DNA of 34,536 nucleotides from a virus: IMG/VR virus record IMGVR_UViG_3300037067_027639, positions 1 to 34,536 of that record; one strand, given 5' to 3'. Each line of letters starts with the position of its first letter. Positions within the stretch are counted from its first letter, which is position 1. The notes under the pieces are model-generated. The model did no database searches, had not been told where the DNA came from, and saw only the letters and a list, made by a program, of their open reading frames with translations. Of this stretch, positions 32,279 to 34,536 are shown in pieces. The position numbers and the translations under genes were made by a program.

Positions 32279-33729
32279 CCGTTGAGCAGAACGACAAGGT
32301 CCTGAACGTCCCTGACGCGGGCGGGAAAGGGATTTCGGTTGCAGTATCTGAAATCGAAGAGGATGACAAGGTCATCCTGATCCCTGACAAAACCGGCACG
32401 ACCGTGATCAGGACCGCTCCTATCGAGGTCGGCGATGCAGTGGTGCTCCTGCCAGACAAATCCGGCAAGAGGATCGCGGTTCGCGCTGACGCAATATCGG
32501 GGACCTCCATATCGGAGGAAGTAGATCCCTGCAAATCGCTGTCGGTCATGCCCGATCCCCTCAATCCCGCGAGACTGTTGATCCAGTGGATTCCTGGCGA
32601 CAACAACGATGAGGTCGAGTATGATATTTCACTCGATGGGTATCTGACAACTCCCAGAACCGGAGATATCTACAGAACGTGGGGGGTATCGACTACGGAG
32701 GCCACCGAGCCTCAGCTGAGATACTTTGTCTGGCACTTCGTGACGATTTGGGGGAAAAGGCGGGACCGGTATTCGAAGGTGGCACTGAAGGCCTCAATAC
32801 GGCTGGAACTTGATTTGGGCTTAGTAAGGCTATACACCTCATCAAATGCCGATCTCTCGGCAATGACCCCGGATTATGTTTGGGAGTCGGGGGTTTTCCA
32901 GTGCTATACTGGTGATTACTATCACTCCTCCGCAAATGCCGGCGGGGGCGCCCCGATTGCATTTGAATTCCCTGACTATAGGTGGTCATACCGAACCATG
33001 CAGTGGATGAAGGACAATGTCAAGACTTTGTGGGCAGAGGTCGAGAATACCGCGCTGACGGATGTCGTGGGCAGAACGGTTCTGGCAGGCACGATGCCAC
33101 GCGCACGATGGTGGGGGCGTGGAACGTTTTCCTATTACCCCTACGCAGATGGAATTCATAGCATGGGGTGGGACAGCATCAAGGACAACCCCAGAAGAAT
33201 CGTCGTCGATGTCTCTTGGGTTCTCGATATGCCCTCCGTTGACCTCCGATCAATCTACATTTATTATGACCCATTCCTTGGAGTGCATGCCGACGGGACT
33301 TGGGATCCATTGTGGGAGGTATACTACGGCGATCTAGCTCTCAAGGCATTAAGAGAGAAAGTGGTCGCTCAGTCATGGTGGATTTACGCAAATGATCCCG
33401 CTCCCCCATCGGGTATCGGGGGCAGCGGGGCATGGACTGTGACACGCAATAACGGGGGTTTGCCCTATGCCCACCGGACAACCTTCTTCGACGATGGTGG
33501 CGGCTCGTATAACATCGCCTATTTCGCCTACCGCGTGAGTGATCCAGACAAAGGGGTTCTGGAGATCTGGGCTGCGTGCGGGGGTTCGTACGATCCGCTG
33601 ACCGCTCGTTGGACGAAGGGCCGGGATCATCAACTCTACTTCGGCAACATCCTCCTCTGCGACAATATCCACTGGCAGACCGGCACCACGTATCATGGAT
33701 ACCTGCCGGTCAGTCTGCTGATGCTCTGA
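32275..33729 (+). CDS. Putative receptor-binding/tail fibre protein, 484 aa
   Basis: Last tail gene; three N-terminal about 23-aa repeats; Trp/Tyr-rich C-terminal region with shifted codon usage. Confidence 0.6.
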   Translation: MTVEQNDKVLNVPDAGGKGISVAVSEIEEDDKVILIPDKTGTTVIRTAPIEVGDAVVLLPDKSGKRIAVRADAISGTSISEEVDPCKSLSVMPDPLNPARLLIQWIPGDNNDEVEYDISLDGYLTTPRTGDIYRTWGVSTTEATEPQLRYFVWHFVTIWGKRRDRYSKVALKASIRLELDLGLVRLYTSSNADLSAMTPDYVWESGVFQCYTGDYYHSSANAGGGAPIAFEFPDYRWSYRTMQWMKDNVKTLWAEVENTALTDVVGRTVLAGTMPRARWWGRGTFSYYPYADGIHSMGWDSIKDNPRRIVVDVSWVLDMPSVDLRSIYIYYDPFLGVHADGTWDPLWEVYYGDLALKALREKVVAQSWWIYANDPAPPSGIGGSGAWTVTRNNGGLPYAHRTTFFDDGGGSYNIAYFAYRVSDPDKGVLEIWAACGGSYDPLTARWTKGRDHQLYFGNILLCDNIHWQTGTTYHGYLPVSLLML

Positions 33730-33771
33730 AAAATACAAACGATTATCGTCTCAAAATATACTGATTCTATT

Positions 33772-34536
33772 ATGGAGAAATGGCATATCGCAACGGTCCT
33801 TATGTGCCTCGCGCTCATCGTTTCCTGCGGCTGCGTCGGGCAGGCGACCGCCCCGCAGGCCACTCATGTCCCGACCGAATCGCCGACATTGGCAACCCCT
33901 TCACCAACGGCGTCGTTCGCGCCGGTTACCCGCGCGCAGACTCCCGCACCGACCACGACGCCCCTCACGAATATCGCAGCTGCGCAGGCCGCGTATGATC
34001 AGGCCCTCGCGACACTGAGCGCCGAGCAGGCGAAAATCCCGCAAATTGTAAAAGATGCCACGGAGAATATGGGCGGAGACGAGGGCTCGAAATCGTATCA
34101 AATGACAGTGATGCAATTAGATATCGAGAAGCAAAAGGCAATTGTTGCAGCTGCACAGGCTGATGCCGATGCGAAATATGCGGCGCTCCAGGCTGCGAAG
34201 GGGCAACCCATACCTACGACATCCCCAAAACCCCTGTCAGCTCAGGCAGTGCTGAAAGGTGTCGGCAGCAAGATCGTGTGGTTCGAAACTGTGGCGCCGG
34301 GGGAAGTCAAGATCAAATTCAAGACCGACCCGGATGTCAGCCGCGTAAAGAACTGCGATCTGAAAGATACACGACTCGATCTCGCGGGAACCTCTGTTGA
34401 TGCCAACCTATATCCAGGGCCGCGGGTCGGGGAGCGCCTGACCGATATAAAGACTGTCAACCTGATATTCCCGGGACGGTATTCCCTCTCGGTAAAATCT
34501 TGTTCAGGCTGGATAATCACAGTCGATAACACCTAA
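33772..34536 (+). CDS. Putative lipoprotein with Pro/Thr linker and coiled coil, 254 aa
   Basis: Signal-like N-terminus ending LIVSCGC, PT-rich linker, helical middle, beta-rich C-terminus; ends at the last base of the window. Confidence 0.75.
   Translation: MEKWHIATVLMCLALIVSCGCVGQATAPQATHVPTESPTLATPSPTASFAPVTRAQTPAPTTTPLTNIAAAQAAYDQALATLSAEQAKIPQIVKDATENMGGDEGSKSYQMTVMQLDIEKQKAIVAAAQADADAKYAALQAAKGQPIPTTSPKPLSAQAVLKGVGSKIVWFETVAPGEVKIKFKTDPDVSRVKNCDLKDTRLDLAGTSVDANLYPGPRVGERLTDIKTVNLIFPGRYSLSVKSCSGWIITVDNT

Larger units (their letters stand above)
1..34536 (+). mobile_element. Tailed dsDNA archaeal virus/provirus (Caudoviricetes, siphovirus-like gene order); boundaries not visible
   Basis: Complete terminase-portal-protease-capsid-neck-tail tube-chaperone-tape measure-fibre series plus early replication module with archaeal-type PCNA; no integrase or att pair seen in the window. 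Confidence 0.95.

Noticed and set aside
32275-33729. Diversity-generating retroelement target in the fibre C-terminus
   Set aside because: No reverse transcriptase and no near-identical template repeat differing at adenines was seen in the window
1-34536. Apparent scarcity of CTAG
   Set aside because: CTAG depletion is widespread in prokaryotes and I cannot count tetranucleotides reliably by eye, so it cannot be tied to the viral MTases

Overview
The whole window reads as the genome (or a large part of it) of a tailed, siphovirus-like archaeal virus or provirus. Nearly all genes are on the + strand, and many are coupled by ATGA/TGATG overlaps. Left arm (1-10.6 kb), early/replication genes: small Cys-rich ORFs, a Myb-like HTH protein, a Bro/antirepressor-like protein, a winged-helix protein with an internal iteron-like CGGACA array (candidate initiator plus origin), a PD-(D/E)xK resolvase, a 986-aa Cys-repeat protein with an embedded DNA methyltransferase domain, an archaeal-type PCNA, a HicB-like protein and a DUF5131 (CxxxCxxC) protein. 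Middle (10.6-12.8 kb): an AT-rich minus-strand membrane-protein moron, a small membrane-protein operon, and about 450 nt of structured non-coding sequence ending in a tRNA-like element with an abnormal anticodon arm. Right arm (12.8-34.5 kb): ParB-MTase, TerS, TerL, portal, head morphogenesis protein, a hidden divergent two-gene cassette, protease/scaffold, decoration protein, Mu gpT-like capsid, neck, tail tube, chaperone with a -1 slippery site, tape measure, tail-tip and fibre genes, and a lipoprotein. I recognised no integrase, polymerase, primase, helicase, lysin, reverse transcriptase or CRISPR array. An archaeal host is inferred from PCNA, the TATA-type promoters and the lipobox; a GC-rich methanogen (Methanomicrobiales-like) is a guess. 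All family calls come from motif recognition by eye, not from database searches.
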